Notes: a model not told the origin generated them from the letters alone. Positions 35,843 through 46,566 are shown, counted from the stretch's first letter. The stretch is 64,000 bases of DNA from Candidatus Velthaea sp. (GCA_050012475.1 JBEKHC010000009.1:1-64000); one strand, 5' to 3'. Program-made: numbers and translations.

Positions 35843-38697
35843 CGCGCAAAGCGCCCGTGCGCCAAGTCGCGCAATGCGCTCGATGGTTCCGTGTCGAGTT
35901 CTTGCGCCAACGTCGCAGAATAGCGTTTGAATTCGCGCTGCGCTCCGATTTCGTCTCCGCGGGCATACCGGGCAAGCATGGCAATCTTGCAGCCGATCTC
36001 GTCGTGCGGGTCGTGGGCCGCGATCTCGCGCGCCAGATTGAGCGCCTTATCGGTGTCGCCGTTCTCGATCGCACTCGTGGCCAAGCGCTCCACGACTTCC
36101 AAACGCAGTTCGGCGATCCGCCGCGCCGTCGGAGCGAACCACTCCCATTCGGTCATGAACGCCGGCAGGCCGATAACCAGCGTTCGATAGATGCCCGACA
36201 ACTCGCTCGCGCCCTGCTCGTCCAACGGCCTGGGGCCGCGCAGCGCCGCAACCCGCTCTTCGGCGCGCCAGAGGTCAACCCGAATTCCGGCGCCGAGCCG
36301 GTAGCCGCGTTCGCTCCCAACAATCGCCGTTTCCCTTCCGAGCCGCTGCCGCACGCGATAGACGCAGACCTTGAGCGCGTTGCGGGCGGCGGCGCCGTCG
36401 AGTTCGGGCCAAAGCATGTCCCCGAGCGCGTCCCGATGCACGTGCGCTTGCCGCCGAGCCAAGACGAACAGCAGCTGCAGCTCTCGATCGGAGACTCGCG
36501 CGACCTCTCCGGCGCGATAGACCGCGCCGGAGAAAACGGCAATCTCGATGTCATCACGCACGCGTTCGGCCAAACTTTGCACGCGGCGCACGAACGGCGC
36601 GAGCATGCCGAGTTCGCCGCTGCGATCGGCAAGATAACCGGCCACTGCTTTGCGCAACGGATCGGATTCGATGCCGGCGGCAAGCCGGCGGAGTTCGTCG
36701 CGCAGCTCAGCACGGTGTGCCTGGTCGAGTTCGGCCCGGAACAGCGCGGATAAGAGCTGCGTAAACGGCAGTCCCAGCTCCACGGCGGCGCGATGGGCGG
36801 ACCGCGCGTGCAGCCGAGCCAGCTCCGGCGTCTCGGCGCAGCCGCACGCGATGAGATGCCCGAAGATGTGGGAGTTGAGCGAATCGAGTCCGCCCGGCGA
36901 AGCGTCCGTTCGACCGTGCGCGCAGTCGAGAAAGAACTGCGTGCCGCGGACTTGGAAACGCTCGGCAACTTCGCGCATCTCCGCGGCGCTCTTGGCGAAC
37001 CCGTCGTCATCGCCGCATAGCCAAGTCGAGACCGTGACGCCGAAAAGCACGGAAAGTTCGAGCGCTTTCTTCCCGCTGCCGCGCGTCTGCTCGAGCAGGC
37101 GCTGCATGGTCGTCGAAGCTTCTTCAAAGCGGCCGAGCATCGGAAGCTCGTAGCTTGCGCGTCCGACGAGTACGGCTTCGGCCAGCGCCGGTGACGCCGC
37201 GAAGAACGGCTCGATGGCCTCGCGGATGCGGCTCCACTCGTTCAAGCGTCCGGCACGTACGTGCAGATACCCGACGAGATGAAGCAGCAGTGCCTGCGCG
37301 AGATCGCGCGGTGGCTGGTCGATGCCGAACTTTTGCGCGTAGCGTTTGACGAGCACTTCGGCGTCGCGATCCTTCCCCACCCGGCCGAGCGCGACGATCA
37401 AAAGACGGAGGATGGAGAACTCGTGTTCAGCGTCGACGTCCGCCGGGAGCCCCGCCCACATCCGCTCGATCTCATCGAGCAAGGCTTGCGGGCTCATCGA
37501 GAAGCGGCGTTCGGTGTACGAATACAACCACAACATCGGGAACTGACGAACCAGCTCGGGGTCGACCGACGCGAGCGTTTCCAGCAACGCCGGTGTGTTG
37601 GGCGCGTTGCCCAGCGGGATCTCGTTGAGCGCTTGCACCGCGCGCCGCTCGTCGCCGGCCGCAATGAAAAGCTCGGCCGCACGAACGATGTCACCCCGCT
37701 CACGCCGCCGTTTCGCCATCTCGAGCACCAGCTCGCGCAACTCGGTTGCGAACCGGGCTTCGATCGTCGCTCGGACCAGCGGGTGCACGTCATACGCGTC
37801 GTTGGATTCCGTGCCATTGATGAATGGCATGGTCTTGGCCCATTGCGCCAGTGCGGCGATGCGCAGAGCGTCGTCGTCGAGCGCCCAGGAGACCTCGAGC
37901 GCCGTTACTGCCGGCACGGCGCACGCGATCAGCCCGCGGAGAATCTCCGGCTTGACCGCAGCGAGCACCTCGTCCCAGAGATACTCGTACAATTCTTCAA
38001 ACGCCACGTCCTCGAAGCGCCGCATCATCGCGTCGAGGATTCCTTCGCGTGCGAATCTCGCCAAGAGCAAAACCGCGATCGGCCAGCCTCGGCAGATGTT
38101 CACGATGGCCGGCGTCATTGCGTCGTTTCCGCGCGGGAAGAACGAGCGCGTCTCCTGCGGCGTGAACGCGAGATCCCCGGCCTGCAAGGAAACGATTTCG
38201 TGCGGTGCTGCGAAGCGAGTCAGTCGCAGGCGCAACGGTATCCGGGAGCAGATCGCGATGATCCGGTTTTCGGGCCGCGAGACCAGAAAGCGTGCCAGCA
38301 GATCTTCGCATGCGCCATGCTCGAGCAAATGCTCGAGATTTTCGAAGATGAAGACGGAGTCGTCGCAGGGCAATCCCCAGGCTTCGAGTGCTGCAACGAC
38401 CCCGAAACGTTCGTCGGACTCGGCTCCGACCGCAAGCTGCGCACGCTGCAGGCTCAGCCGCGCGTGAGGCAGACTCGTCGCCAGCGTCGCCAGCAGACGC
38501 CGCGTGAAGTCCGCGCGTCCTTCGACGAAACTGCAATCGCAGACGGCGCTCGCGCGCCCCTCGGCAATCTGATGCGCCAGCGTCGTTTTGCCGTAGCCTG
38601 CGGGCGCGATCAGCACGACGAGCTTTGGTCGAATGCGCCGGATGCGGGTGAGCAGATGCCGCCGCTGGAGGAGATCCTTTCCTTGCGGTCTCTTCAT
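35824..38697 (-). CDS. MalT-like STAND ATPase regulator with a C-terminal winged-helix plus BTAD domain
   Basis: APAGYGKTT, LAFT, GWP, helical repeats, MLWPE...NALKV.VYRVR, DPHDE...GIEPS-like tail (DTEPS). Confidence 0.85.
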   Translation of the reverse strand: MKRPQGKDLLQRRHLLTRIRRIRPKLVVLIAPAGYGKTTLAHQIAEGRASAVCDCSFVEGRADFTRRLLATLATSLPHARLSLQRAQLAVGAESDERFGVVAALEAWGLPCDDSVFIFENLEHLLEHGACEDLLARFLVSRPENRIIAICSRIPLRLRLTRFAAPHEIVSLQAGDLAFTPQETRSFFPRGNDAMTPAIVNICRGWPIAVLLLARFAREGILDAMMRRFEDVAFEELYEYLWDEVLAAVKPEILRGLIACAVPAVTALEVSWALDDDALRIAALAQWAKTMPFINGTESNDAYDVHPLVRATIEARFATELRELVLEMAKRRRERGDIVRAAELFIAAGDERRAVQALNEIPLGNAPNTPALLETLASVDPELVRQFPMLWLYSYTERRFSMSPQALLDEIERMWAGLPADVDAEHEFSILRLLIVALGRVGKDRDAEVLVKRYAQKFGIDQPPRDLAQALLLHLVGYLHVRAGRLNEWSRIREAIEPFFAASPALAEAVLVGRASYELPMLGRFEEASTTMQRLLEQTRGSGKKALELSVLFGVTVSTWLCGDDDGFAKSAAEMREVAERFQVRGTQFFLDCAHGRTDASPGGLDSLNSHIFGHLIACGCAETPELARLHARSAHRAAVELGLPFTQLLSALFRAELDQAHRAELRDELRRLAAGIESDPLRKAVAGYLADRSGELGMLAPFVRRVQSLAERVRDDIEIAVFSGAVYRAGEVARVSDRELQLLFVLARRQAHVHRDALGDMLWPELDGAAARNALKVCVYRVRQRLGRETAIVGSERGYRLGAGIRVDLWRAEERVAALRGPRPLDEQGASELSGIYRTLVIGLPAFMTEWEWFAPTARRIAELRLEVVERLATSAIENGDTDKALNLAREIAAHDPHDEIGCKIAMLARYARGDEIGAQREFKRYSATLAQELDTEPSSALRDLAHGRFARYSVRP

Positions 38698-38924
38698 GCG
38701 ACGCTGTACCAAACCTCGAGTTCACAAGCTCGGAGACGGAGCTGCCGTGTCGCTTGTTTCAACCTTGCGAACCGAAGTTCCAGCGTAGACGTAACCGCGT
38801 TCGCTCGGTCGCTTATGCGGCTATCAAGGGCCAAGCTCTTGCGGGAATTGCTTATCTGAGCTTCGCTGAGTGCGACGTCCTCGGGATTGCCCGGCCGTGA
38901 AGCAAGGGGGCTATCATCGCCAGC

Positions 38925-39779
38925 TTGTCCGCTGTAGTACCGTTGAATAGCGGTCGTTCTCTGGGACATTTCTTGCGTGAACGGCGCCTAAAGCTCGATC
39001 CCAACATCCGCTTCCTGGGGGGCCGCGAGCGGCCAGCCGTTCGATGGGGAAAACGCGTAACTCAGGAGGAGATGGCCGAGGCGCTGGAAGTCAGTCGGGT
39101 CTGGTACGGCGCACTCGAGTCGGGATCCAGGGCGCGAACGTCGACCAGCCTGCTGGATCGCTTGGCCTCAGTTCTCATGTTGGACGGAGACGAAAGAAGT
39201 GAACTCTTCGGCATGGCTTTGCCCGAACTGAAGCCGATGGCGCTGCAAACGCAGTCCAAAGAGGCACTGGGCGGCTTTCGGATACTTCGCTCGACCGCGA
39301 AGCGACTCTGGAGCGCCACGACCGACGTTGAAGCACTGGTCATTGCTACAGAGCAGCTCGCCGGAATTTTTCGCGACGCCCACCTCGTGTTCTATTCCCG
39401 CCGCATCCGAGTCGGGACGTGGGAGTGGCCGTACATCGTCGATCGCGGTCTCGGCGACAACAATAGACAAGCTTTCGAGGCCATCACCAGCGGAAAGACG
39501 CCCGCTGAAGTGGACGACGTCGTGCAATATCCACTGCTGTGGAAGCCTGGGGATCTCGCCACCTCCGAAGACTACCCAGCTGACGTCCGCAACGATCACA
39601 AGCGCATATTTGGGGAGCCGACCCTCGACCTCGATTCATTTCTTCACGCTCGCGTACGCTCGCGTTCCGGAATCGTCGCCGGCTTGCAAGTCAAACACCG
39701 GGGTTCGTATTCCTACACTTCCGAGGTCCGAACCATCATCGCGACCCTGGCGGACCTCGCTTCGCTCGCGCTGTCATAG
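38925..39779 (+). CDS. XRE-family HTH regulator with a C-terminal sensor (GAF-like) domain
   Basis: LGHFLRERR...VTQEEMAEALEVSRVWYGALESG...LLDRLA; C-terminus TLADLASLAL; start uncertain. Confidence 0.75.
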   Translation: MSAVVPLNSGRSLGHFLRERRLKLDPNIRFLGGRERPAVRWGKRVTQEEMAEALEVSRVWYGALESGSRARTSTSLLDRLASVLMLDGDERSELFGMALPELKPMALQTQSKEALGGFRILRSTAKRLWSATTDVEALVIATEQLAGIFRDAHLVFYSRRIRVGTWEWPYIVDRGLGDNNRQAFEAITSGKTPAEVDDVVQYPLLWKPGDLATSEDYPADVRNDHKRIFGEPTLDLDSFLHARVRSRSGIVAGLQVKHRGSYSYTSEVRTIIATLADLASLALS

Positions 39780-39850
39780 GGAGCTCAGCGCAACCGCGTT
39801 CCAACTCGCAGTTTGCAGACAACGGCGGCTCCGGTCTGCATACTCGGGAC

Positions 39851-40918
39851 ATGTCTCATCATCTCGATTCACCGCTGGCACGGCAAGACGTTCGCCTGGA
39901 TATCACCGATCTCTACGTTTTTCCGGGCGAGAAAGGCACGACGTTCGTGATCAACGTCTGCCACTCCATCGCCCAAAATGTACCCGTCCCCGGCTACCAC
40001 CCTGAGGGCATGTACGAAATCAAAATCGACTTCAATCGCGATGGCGTCGAAGAACTCACCTATCGCTTTACCTTCGACGCGCGCGATGCGGACGGCAAAC
40101 AGCGCTGGATGCTCCGCCGGGCCGCCGGTGCCGACGCCAGCATCACTGACGCCCCGGGGACAATCATTGCCGAAGGCGTGACCGACGAAGTTACTACGAC
40201 ATCGACAAACCTTCGAGCGTGGGCCGGGAAAGCTGGCGATCCATTTTGGATCGAACCGAACGTGCTCCACGCCGTCGGCCATGCGTTCCAGGATGGAACA
40301 ACGATCGATCTCTCGACCTGGGATCCCCGTCAAGCGAAAAACCTCTTTGCCGGCCACACCGTCTACTCGATGGTTTTGGAGGTGCCGGATGAAGAACTCC
40401 TGACTCTGGGTAGCGGTGAACGTCGCCTCGGAGTATGGGCAGTCGCATCGTTAGCGACCGACGCCGGAGGCTGGCGCTCGATCAACCGTGTCGGTCTTCC
40501 CATGATCCACCCGTTGTTTACGCAAAACAACGAGGACCTCGGGAACCGTCTCAACGCCGGCCACCCGGCAAACGATTTCACGACGTATGGCCGTGCAATC
40601 TCGAATGCCATTGCGGGTGTCGTCGCCGCTTACGGAACTGCCGAAGATCCCCGCGCGTACGGTGATAAAGTTGCGCATCGGTTCTTTCCCAACATCCTAC
40701 CGTACACGATAGGAACACCGGCCTCATTCGGGTTTACGGAGTGGAACGGTCGATCGTTGATCGACAACGCCCCGGACGTGATGTTTTCGATAGCCGCCAA
40801 CACTCCGGTTCGCCTGGGCATCGGCAAAGAGTCCGTCACGTCGAAGCCATCGGCTACGTTCCCGTACGTTCCGACGGCCGCTGAGACGTTAGCCGCTGCA
40901 GCCGCGGCCCACGGCTAA
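39851..40918 (+). CDS. DUF4331 family protein
   Basis: MSHHLDSP...DITDLYVF...DPFW...INRVGLP...NGRSL.D...FPY. Confidence 0.85.
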   Translation: MSHHLDSPLARQDVRLDITDLYVFPGEKGTTFVINVCHSIAQNVPVPGYHPEGMYEIKIDFNRDGVEELTYRFTFDARDADGKQRWMLRRAAGADASITDAPGTIIAEGVTDEVTTTSTNLRAWAGKAGDPFWIEPNVLHAVGHAFQDGTTIDLSTWDPRQAKNLFAGHTVYSMVLEVPDEELLTLGSGERRLGVWAVASLATDAGGWRSINRVGLPMIHPLFTQNNEDLGNRLNAGHPANDFTTYGRAISNAIAGVVAAYGTAEDPRAYGDKVAHRFFPNILPYTIGTPASFGFTEWNGRSLIDNAPDVMFSIAANTPVRLGIGKESVTSKPSATFPYVPTAAETLAAAAAAHG

Positions 40919-41003
40919 AGCAGAACGATTGCGCTCACGACGATCCAAGGCAGCGATATTTGCATAGTCGCTGCGGGAGACGCCTGACGCTCGCGAACGG
41001 TCT

Positions 41004-42434
41004 ATGACGTATACTTCGGGCATGGCCGGTCGCGCTGCGCTCCGCACATTACCCGCCGCCCTAAGCTCGATCTCTGCCGTCCTTCTGAGCTTCGGCGCAA
41101 TGGACGCGCTCTGCGCGCGTTTGGGCGTCGATTCGTCGCCCGCCATCTTGGCGGCCGCGCTGTCGGTCGGACTCATGCGCAACCCCGAGCGTCTCGGCGC
41201 ACGCGCTCTGGGGACCAAGATCGTGGTGCTCCCGCTGATCGCGCTGGCGGCCGGGCTCGTCGGGCTGGCCATCGTCGTCGTGCCGGCACTGGGCGCCTCG
41301 CTCTTTGCGGGCAGCATCGCCTTGTCGATCTGGCTGCGCAACTTCGGCGAACGCGCGACAGCGGCCGGCCGCACGATCGCACTGCCGTTCATCGCGATCT
41401 TGGTCGCGCCGCTTCGCCCCGACGCCGCGCACGGCAGATGGACGTCTGCGCTGCTTCTGCTCGCTGCCGGCGCGGCCGCGCTGGTGAGTACGACCATCGT
41501 CGCGGGGTTAGCCGCGCGCTTCGGAATGGCTCCCGAGCCCCGGCCGGCGCGGTTGGCACGCCCGCGGCCGGTACGCGCCGGAGAATTACCCGTAGCGACC
41601 CGCATGGCGCTGCAAATGCTCGTCGCGCTCGGCCTTGCATTCGCCATCGGCATGCTCGCGTTTCGCGCGCACTGGTCGTGGGTCGTGCTTACCGCGTTCA
41701 TCGTCTGCAGCGGCGCGGCGGGCCGCGGCGATGTTTTTTACAAAGGGCTGCTGAGGTTGGGCGGCGCGATCGGCGGCACGCTCGCGGCGGCGCTCGTCGC
41801 CCAGATCGCCTTTCCCGATCCCGTCGCGTACGCCGCGGCGGTCTTTTTCGTGCTCTTTTTGGGCCTGTGGCTGCGGCCACTGAATTACGCGTATTGGGCG
41901 GCCTGCGCCACGTTGATCTTCGCCCTGTTGCAGGGCTCGCACGGCGCGGCGATTGTGCCGCTTTTCGCCATGCGCGTGTTGTGCATGTTCATCGGGGCGC
42001 TCTGCGGAGTTGCCGCGACTTGGTTCGTGTGTCCGATTCGAACCGAGCACGTCGTGCGCAGACGCATCGCCGGCGTCCTCGCGGCACTGCGCGACGTACT
42101 GGCCGGCACTCCAGAGGGGCCGGCGCACGAGTCGCGCCTTGCCGTGCTCGAGCGGCATGCCGCCGAACTCAAGCTGGTCGAACCGCCCGTACGCCTGCAC
42201 CGCGCGGTGTTCGGCGCGAAGCGTCCGGACGAGGATCCTGCGACCTGGATCGACCTGACGCACGCGCTGCTGGCCCAGGCCCGAACGCCCGGCTTCGACC
42301 GCACGCACCTCGGCGCCGAAATGCGCCGCCTGCGCGGCATGCTGCAGTTCGACACGCTCCCGTCCGGGTCGAAGAAATCGGCATCGAAGGCATCCGCTCC
42401 AAAGCAAGGACACTCCGAGGCGCCTGAGTGCTGA
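41004..42434 (+). CDS. FUSC family membrane protein
   Basis: TRMALQM...HWSWVVLTAFIV...KGLLRLGGAIGGT; multiple TMs. Confidence 0.85.
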   Translation: MTYTSGMAGRAALRTLPAALSSISAVLLSFGAMDALCARLGVDSSPAILAAALSVGLMRNPERLGARALGTKIVVLPLIALAAGLVGLAIVVVPALGASLFAGSIALSIWLRNFGERATAAGRTIALPFIAILVAPLRPDAAHGRWTSALLLLAAGAAALVSTTIVAGLAARFGMAPEPRPARLARPRPVRAGELPVATRMALQMLVALGLAFAIGMLAFRAHWSWVVLTAFIVCSGAAGRGDVFYKGLLRLGGAIGGTLAAALVAQIAFPDPVAYAAAVFFVLFLGLWLRPLNYAYWAACATLIFALLQGSHGAAIVPLFAMRVLCMFIGALCGVAATWFVCPIRTEHVVRRRIAGVLAALRDVLAGTPEGPAHESRLAVLERHAAELKLVEPPVRLHRAVFGAKRPDEDPATWIDLTHALLAQARTPGFDRTHLGAEMRRLRGMLQFDTLPSGSKKSASKASAPKQGHSEAPEC

Positions 42435-42555
42435 ACTGGGCCGGCGGATCGAGCCAAATTTCACCTGTTCGGTGCGCTGAAGGCGAGCAGTCTTGGCCGG
42501 CGCAGAAATCTTTGGCGCGAATTTTGCCGGGATGGCGCCGTAGTCACCGAGCGCC

Positions 42556-42640
42556 CTTCGCGAACGCACATCTAGCAAACGCGGATCTGCGCGGCGTGTA
42601 TCTCAAACGCGCCAGTCTGCGCGCTGCGAATCTCGAAAGC
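42556..42640 (+). pseudogene. Pentapeptide-repeat fragment
   Basis: FANAHLANADLRGVYLKRASLRAANL; no credible start. Confidence 0.4.
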
Positions 42641-42727
42641 GCGCGCGAGATCCGCGACGAAAGCGTGCGAACGGCGAACACCAACGATCCGGCCGGCGGG
42701 AAAATCGGGCCCAGCCAGTGATGATCG

Positions 42728-43186
42728 TCAGTCCGTGGGCCGAGGCGGTCCCTGGCGCGCGATTCCCAACCGTCGGGCCAGGCTACGCGTATTGGAGCCG
42801 GCAACATCGGCTAACGTATACCGATCCAGCACGCCGAGCGTCGCGGCTTGCGCTTCGTCCATGATCGTTTGCAGGCTGCAGGCACCCTTGATGACGCACG
42901 ATTGACCGGCCTGGCATTCGACGAGCGCGATGCGCGGTTCGGTGGCGCGTACGACGTCGCCGATGCCGATCGCATTGGCCGCTCGGGCGAGGCGCATTCC
43001 GCCGTTGCGGCCGCGAAGGGTTTCGATCAACCCGGCCTGGCCCAGATGATGCACCACTTTGGTCATGTGGTTTTCCGAGATCCCGTACGCGGTTGCGACC
43101 TCTTCGATCGACGCCAGTCGATCCGGGCGAAGCGCCAAATAGATGAGCGTGCGCAGTCCGTAGTCACTAAAACGGGTCAGCTGCAT
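42728..43186 (-). CDS. Rrf2 family regulator, NsrR-like
   Basis: MQLTRFSDYGLRTLIYL...SENHMTKVV...RGRNGG; three Cys (LVEC...C.I...C.L) for an Fe-S cluster. Confidence 0.9.
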   Translation of the reverse strand: MQLTRFSDYGLRTLIYLALRPDRLASIEEVATAYGISENHMTKVVHHLGQAGLIETLRGRNGGMRLARAANAIGIGDVVRATEPRIALVECQAGQSCVIKGACSLQTIMDEAQAATLGVLDRYTLADVAGSNTRSLARRLGIARQGPPRPTD

Positions 43187-43217
43187 TGGGGGCCTGTTGT
43201 CCTCTCCGCGCGCGCCT

Positions 43218-43775
43218 CTAGGTCTGAAAGACGCGCTCGGCGATGGTTTGTACCGCCGGGATGGCGTGTTTCCGGGCCACTTGCGTTATCGCGTCGAGCT
43301 GCTTCGGCGGTCCGCAGACATAGACGTCGGGTGCCTCGATCGCCGATCGTAGATAGGCACTGAATGCTTCTGCCGGGGTGCCGGAAAACCCGGTCCACGC
43401 CGGCCCCGGACGCCAGACGCTCAGGGTAACGCCGAGCTGCGGCAGCGCCTCGCGGAGCGCCGCGATCTCATCGGCAGAGAACAGTTCGTCTTCGTGCGTG
43501 GCCCCGAAGATCAGATGCGTGGGTTGCGTATCGCCGAAGTCAGCGAGATGGTGCAGCATCGAGAGCACCGGCGCCGTACCGCATCCGCCGCCGATGAGGC
43601 AGCGCGGGACGCGGACTGGTTTCATCGAGGACGAAATTGCCCAGCGGACCGCGCACGATCAGCGGGTCGCCGACGCGGGCGCGTTCACCGAGATACGTCG
43701 AAAACGCACCGTTTGCTTGGAGTCGAATCAAAAATTCGAGCCGGCCGTCCCAGTTGGGACGATTCGCCAAGGAAG
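43218..43775 (-). pseudogene. Truncated, frameshifted FAD/NAD(P)-binding oxidoreductase (oxygenase reductase-like)
   Basis: SLANRPNWDGRLEFLIR...GPLGNF / GGGCGTAPVLSML...YVCGPP; frameshift near 43608; ferredoxin N-terminus absent. Confidence 0.8.
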
Positions 43776-43891
43776 CCCGGTCAGCGAAAACGGTCTGCCT
43801 TGCCGGCTGGAATCGGCGGACGGATAGCGGGCCCGAACGGACTTTTCGGAGATAGTTGCTAAAAGCAACCATTGAGTTTATAGTGAAGCCC

Positions 43892-44863
43892 ATGGACGGC
43901 ACGACGGCTTCGATTCGGCAAGCAGAACAGGTGGCGCTAATTCGGGACTTCAACCGCTTTTATACCGCCCGCTTGGGGCTCCTTCGAAAACGATACCTCA
44001 ATGGCGCGTTCTCGCTGACCGAAGGCCGCATTCTGTACGAGATCTGGTCGAATCCGCCGCTGACCGCTGCCAATCTTTGCGGTATCCTCAAGCTGGATGC
44101 GGGCTATATCAGCCGGAATCTTGCCTCTTTGGGAAAACGGAAACTCGTGCGGCAAAAAGTATCGAAGCTGGACGGCCGCGAGCGCAGCCTTTCACTAACT
44201 TCGACCGGACAGAAAGCCGTTTCCGAACTCAATCGGCAATCGTCGGCGCAGATTGCGGACCTGTTGCGCGGACTGGACGCGACCGATCGCGAGACGCTCG
44301 TGACCGCACTTGCCAAAGTGCGCTCGTTGTTGGCACCGCCGCCGAACGAAGAAGTTCGGATCGTCCGGTTGTCGGAATTGACCGACGATGCCCGTGACCT
44401 GTTGCAACAGTATTTCGAGTCGATCGCCGTGGTCGTAAGAGACACGCCGGACGACGTTCGAAGAGTCATCGAAGACCCCAACGGCGGAGTGTGGATTGCC
44501 TACTTGAATGGAAAAGCCGTGGGCTGCGTGTACCTTCGCGGTCTTGCTTCGCTTCCTGATGCCGCTGAGTGCAAGCGATTGTTCGTGAAGCCGAGCGCAC
44601 GCGGAAACGGCGTGGCTCATGCGCTGCTCGATGCGCAGGAGGCGTTTGCCAAAAGCCGCGGGTTCAAGCAGATCTATCTCGACAGTAAGGATGATCTGAA
44701 AGTCGCCCGCGACCTGTATGCCAGAAGAGGTTTTGTCGCCTGCGACCGCTACAACGACAATCCGCAGGCGACAATTTTCATGGTGAAGACCATTGCCGGC
44801 GACCGTCGCAGCGGCAGCTCCGGCGAAAGGTTAACTGCTGCCGTTTGCGAGCGTCGCCGTTAA
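43892..44863 (+). CDS. Bifunctional MarR-type HTH/GNAT N-acetyltransferase
   Basis: IRDFNRFYT...LDAGYISR...DGR; ECKRLFV.P.ARG.G...LY..RGF...YNDNP. Confidence 0.9.
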   Translation: MDGTTASIRQAEQVALIRDFNRFYTARLGLLRKRYLNGAFSLTEGRILYEIWSNPPLTAANLCGILKLDAGYISRNLASLGKRKLVRQKVSKLDGRERSLSLTSTGQKAVSELNRQSSAQIADLLRGLDATDRETLVTALAKVRSLLAPPPNEEVRIVRLSELTDDARDLLQQYFESIAVVVRDTPDDVRRVIEDPNGGVWIAYLNGKAVGCVYLRGLASLPDAAECKRLFVKPSARGNGVAHALLDAQEAFAKSRGFKQIYLDSKDDLKVARDLYARRGFVACDRYNDNPQATIFMVKTIAGDRRSGSSGERLTAAVCERRR

Positions 44864-45283
44864 GTTGATGGGGACGGCGCGCAGGGCACGGCTGAGCGGG
44901 CACGATTCCTTCGCCTCGGTAGCGAGTTTGGTGAACTCCTCGGGCGAGAGATTCGGCACGACTCCGGTTACGGCCAAGTCGATTGCGGGAATCTCGAAGC
45001 CGCCTTGAATCGGCGACAGATGGACATTCGCTTTCGTGTCGAGTGCCGTGGGCGCATGGCCCGCTCGCGTGAGCTGGGCACTAAGAGCCATGGTGAAACA
45101 CGCCGCGTGCGAAGCCGCCAACAGCTCCTCCGGATTCGTACCCGGGTCGCCGCTAAACCGCGTGCCGAAAGAGTAATCGGCGCTCACTTTCCCGCTCTGG
45201 GTCGCGATCGAACCGCGCCCGTGCGCGATGTCGCCCTCCCAATGAATCGTAGCCGAGCGGACGATTTGTTGGGTCGTACTCAT
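44831..45283 (-). CDS. osmC: OsmC family peroxiredoxin
   Basis: GTNPEELLAASHAACFTMALS...AKESCPLSRAL. Confidence 0.92.
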   Translation of the reverse strand: MSTTQQIVRSATIHWEGDIAHGRGSIATQSGKVSADYSFGTRFSGDPGTNPEELLAASHAACFTMALSAQLTRAGHAPTALDTKANVHLSPIQGGFEIPAIDLAVTGVVPNLSPEEFTKLATEAKESCPLSRALRAVPINLTATLANGSS

Positions 45284-45389
45284 CTTTCACCTCATCTTTG
45301 CTCCTGGCCCGGATGGCGAGTTTCGGCCATTGGAGCCGACGATAACATAGCGCACCGGATTGCTGCAACGTCAGCCGAGCGGCATGCCG

Positions 45390-46463
45390 TCAGCGCGGAT
45401 GCGCCGGCGCCGTCCGAGCGATGAGCTTGGCAATCGCCGGTCCCGTAAGGATCACGAAGAAGACGCGCATGGTCTGGATCGCGAGGACGAGCGGAACGTT
45501 CGCGCCGCTGCCCAAGGCGATGATCGTAACCGAGTCCAGGCCGCCCGGGCTCGTCGCAAGGTACGCGGTGAGGGGGTCGGCACGGATGAATCCGCGGAGC
45601 GCTTCCCCGACGACCGCGCACAGCACGATGAGGGCCAGCGTCGAACCGATCAAGGTCGGCAGCGAGCGCAGCGCGTAGCGGACGACCTCGCCCGTGAAGG
45701 TCAGACCGACGTACCAACCGATCGTCGCGTACGCGCTCCCGACGACCCACCACGGCAGCACGATCGTCAGCAGGCCGCTGCCTGAGGCCACGGCCGCGGC
45801 GATCATCGTAAGCAAAATCGCACCGGCGGGAATGCGCAGAAGCGTGGCGGCAACGCAGCAACCAGCAATCAGCGCCAGCGACGGGGCGAGTTGGAGGATC
45901 GGTGGCAGCGTCTGGTCGCCAATCGCAACGATGCCTGCGTGCGGAACCGAACCCAGCATGATCTTTGCAACCGACGACGCGCTCAGCACGACGAGTATCA
46001 CGCGCAGATACTGCATGAACGCGACAAGCCGCGTGTCGGCACCGAAATCGGCCGACGCCGCGACCATCGCGGATGCACCGCCGGGTGATGAGCCCCAAGC
46101 CGCCGTTATCGAGCCGAGCGACGTGAAACGCGCCAGCAGCCAGCCGACGAGCGCGGCGGCGACGATCGTGCCGCCGACAAAGCCGATCATCACGACCGCA
46201 TTGCCCGCCACATCGCCGATGATTGCCGGCGATACGCTTCGTCCGACGAGCGCTCCGACCACCCCCTGAGCCGCAATGAAGAACGGCCGCGGGACGGTCA
46301 ACTCGGCTCCCGCGCAGGCGAACGCAATCGCGACGAGCATTGGACCGAGCAACAGCGACGCCGGGATTTGAAAATGAACGCAAGTAAGCGCCAGCGCCAT
46401 GGACAGTGCCGCCAGGGCCGGCCATGCGATACTTCGCGTGGATCCCCATCGCCGCACCCGCAT
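45390..46463 (-). CDS. AbrB family membrane protein (AidB regulator / putative ammonia monooxygenase-like family)
   Basis: LLGPM, AQGVVG, SPGGASAMV, VAFMQYLRV, AYLATSPGGLD, QTMR. Confidence 0.88.
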   Translation of the reverse strand: MRVRRWGSTRSIAWPALAALSMALALTCVHFQIPASLLLGPMLVAIAFACAGAELTVPRPFFIAAQGVVGALVGRSVSPAIIGDVAGNAVVMIGFVGGTIVAAALVGWLLARFTSLGSITAAWGSSPGGASAMVAASADFGADTRLVAFMQYLRVILVVLSASSVAKIMLGSVPHAGIVAIGDQTLPPILQLAPSLALIAGCCVAATLLRIPAGAILLTMIAAAVASGSGLLTIVLPWWVVGSAYATIGWYVGLTFTGEVVRYALRSLPTLIGSTLALIVLCAVVGEALRGFIRADPLTAYLATSPGGLDSVTIIALGSGANVPLVLAIQTMRVFFVILTGPAIAKLIARTAPAHPR

Positions 46464-46566
46464 CCGACGTCCGGTATCGCCGCGACGAACGCTTCTTCCT
46501 ATGGTTTCGCGTGCAGCGCCGCCCAACACGCAGGTCCGTTTTCGCCATCTGCAGGAACGCTCGAGC

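Noticed and set aside
45390..46463. Ammonia monooxygenase
   Set aside because: The family name is historical; this is an AbrB-type membrane protein and no amoCAB genes are present.
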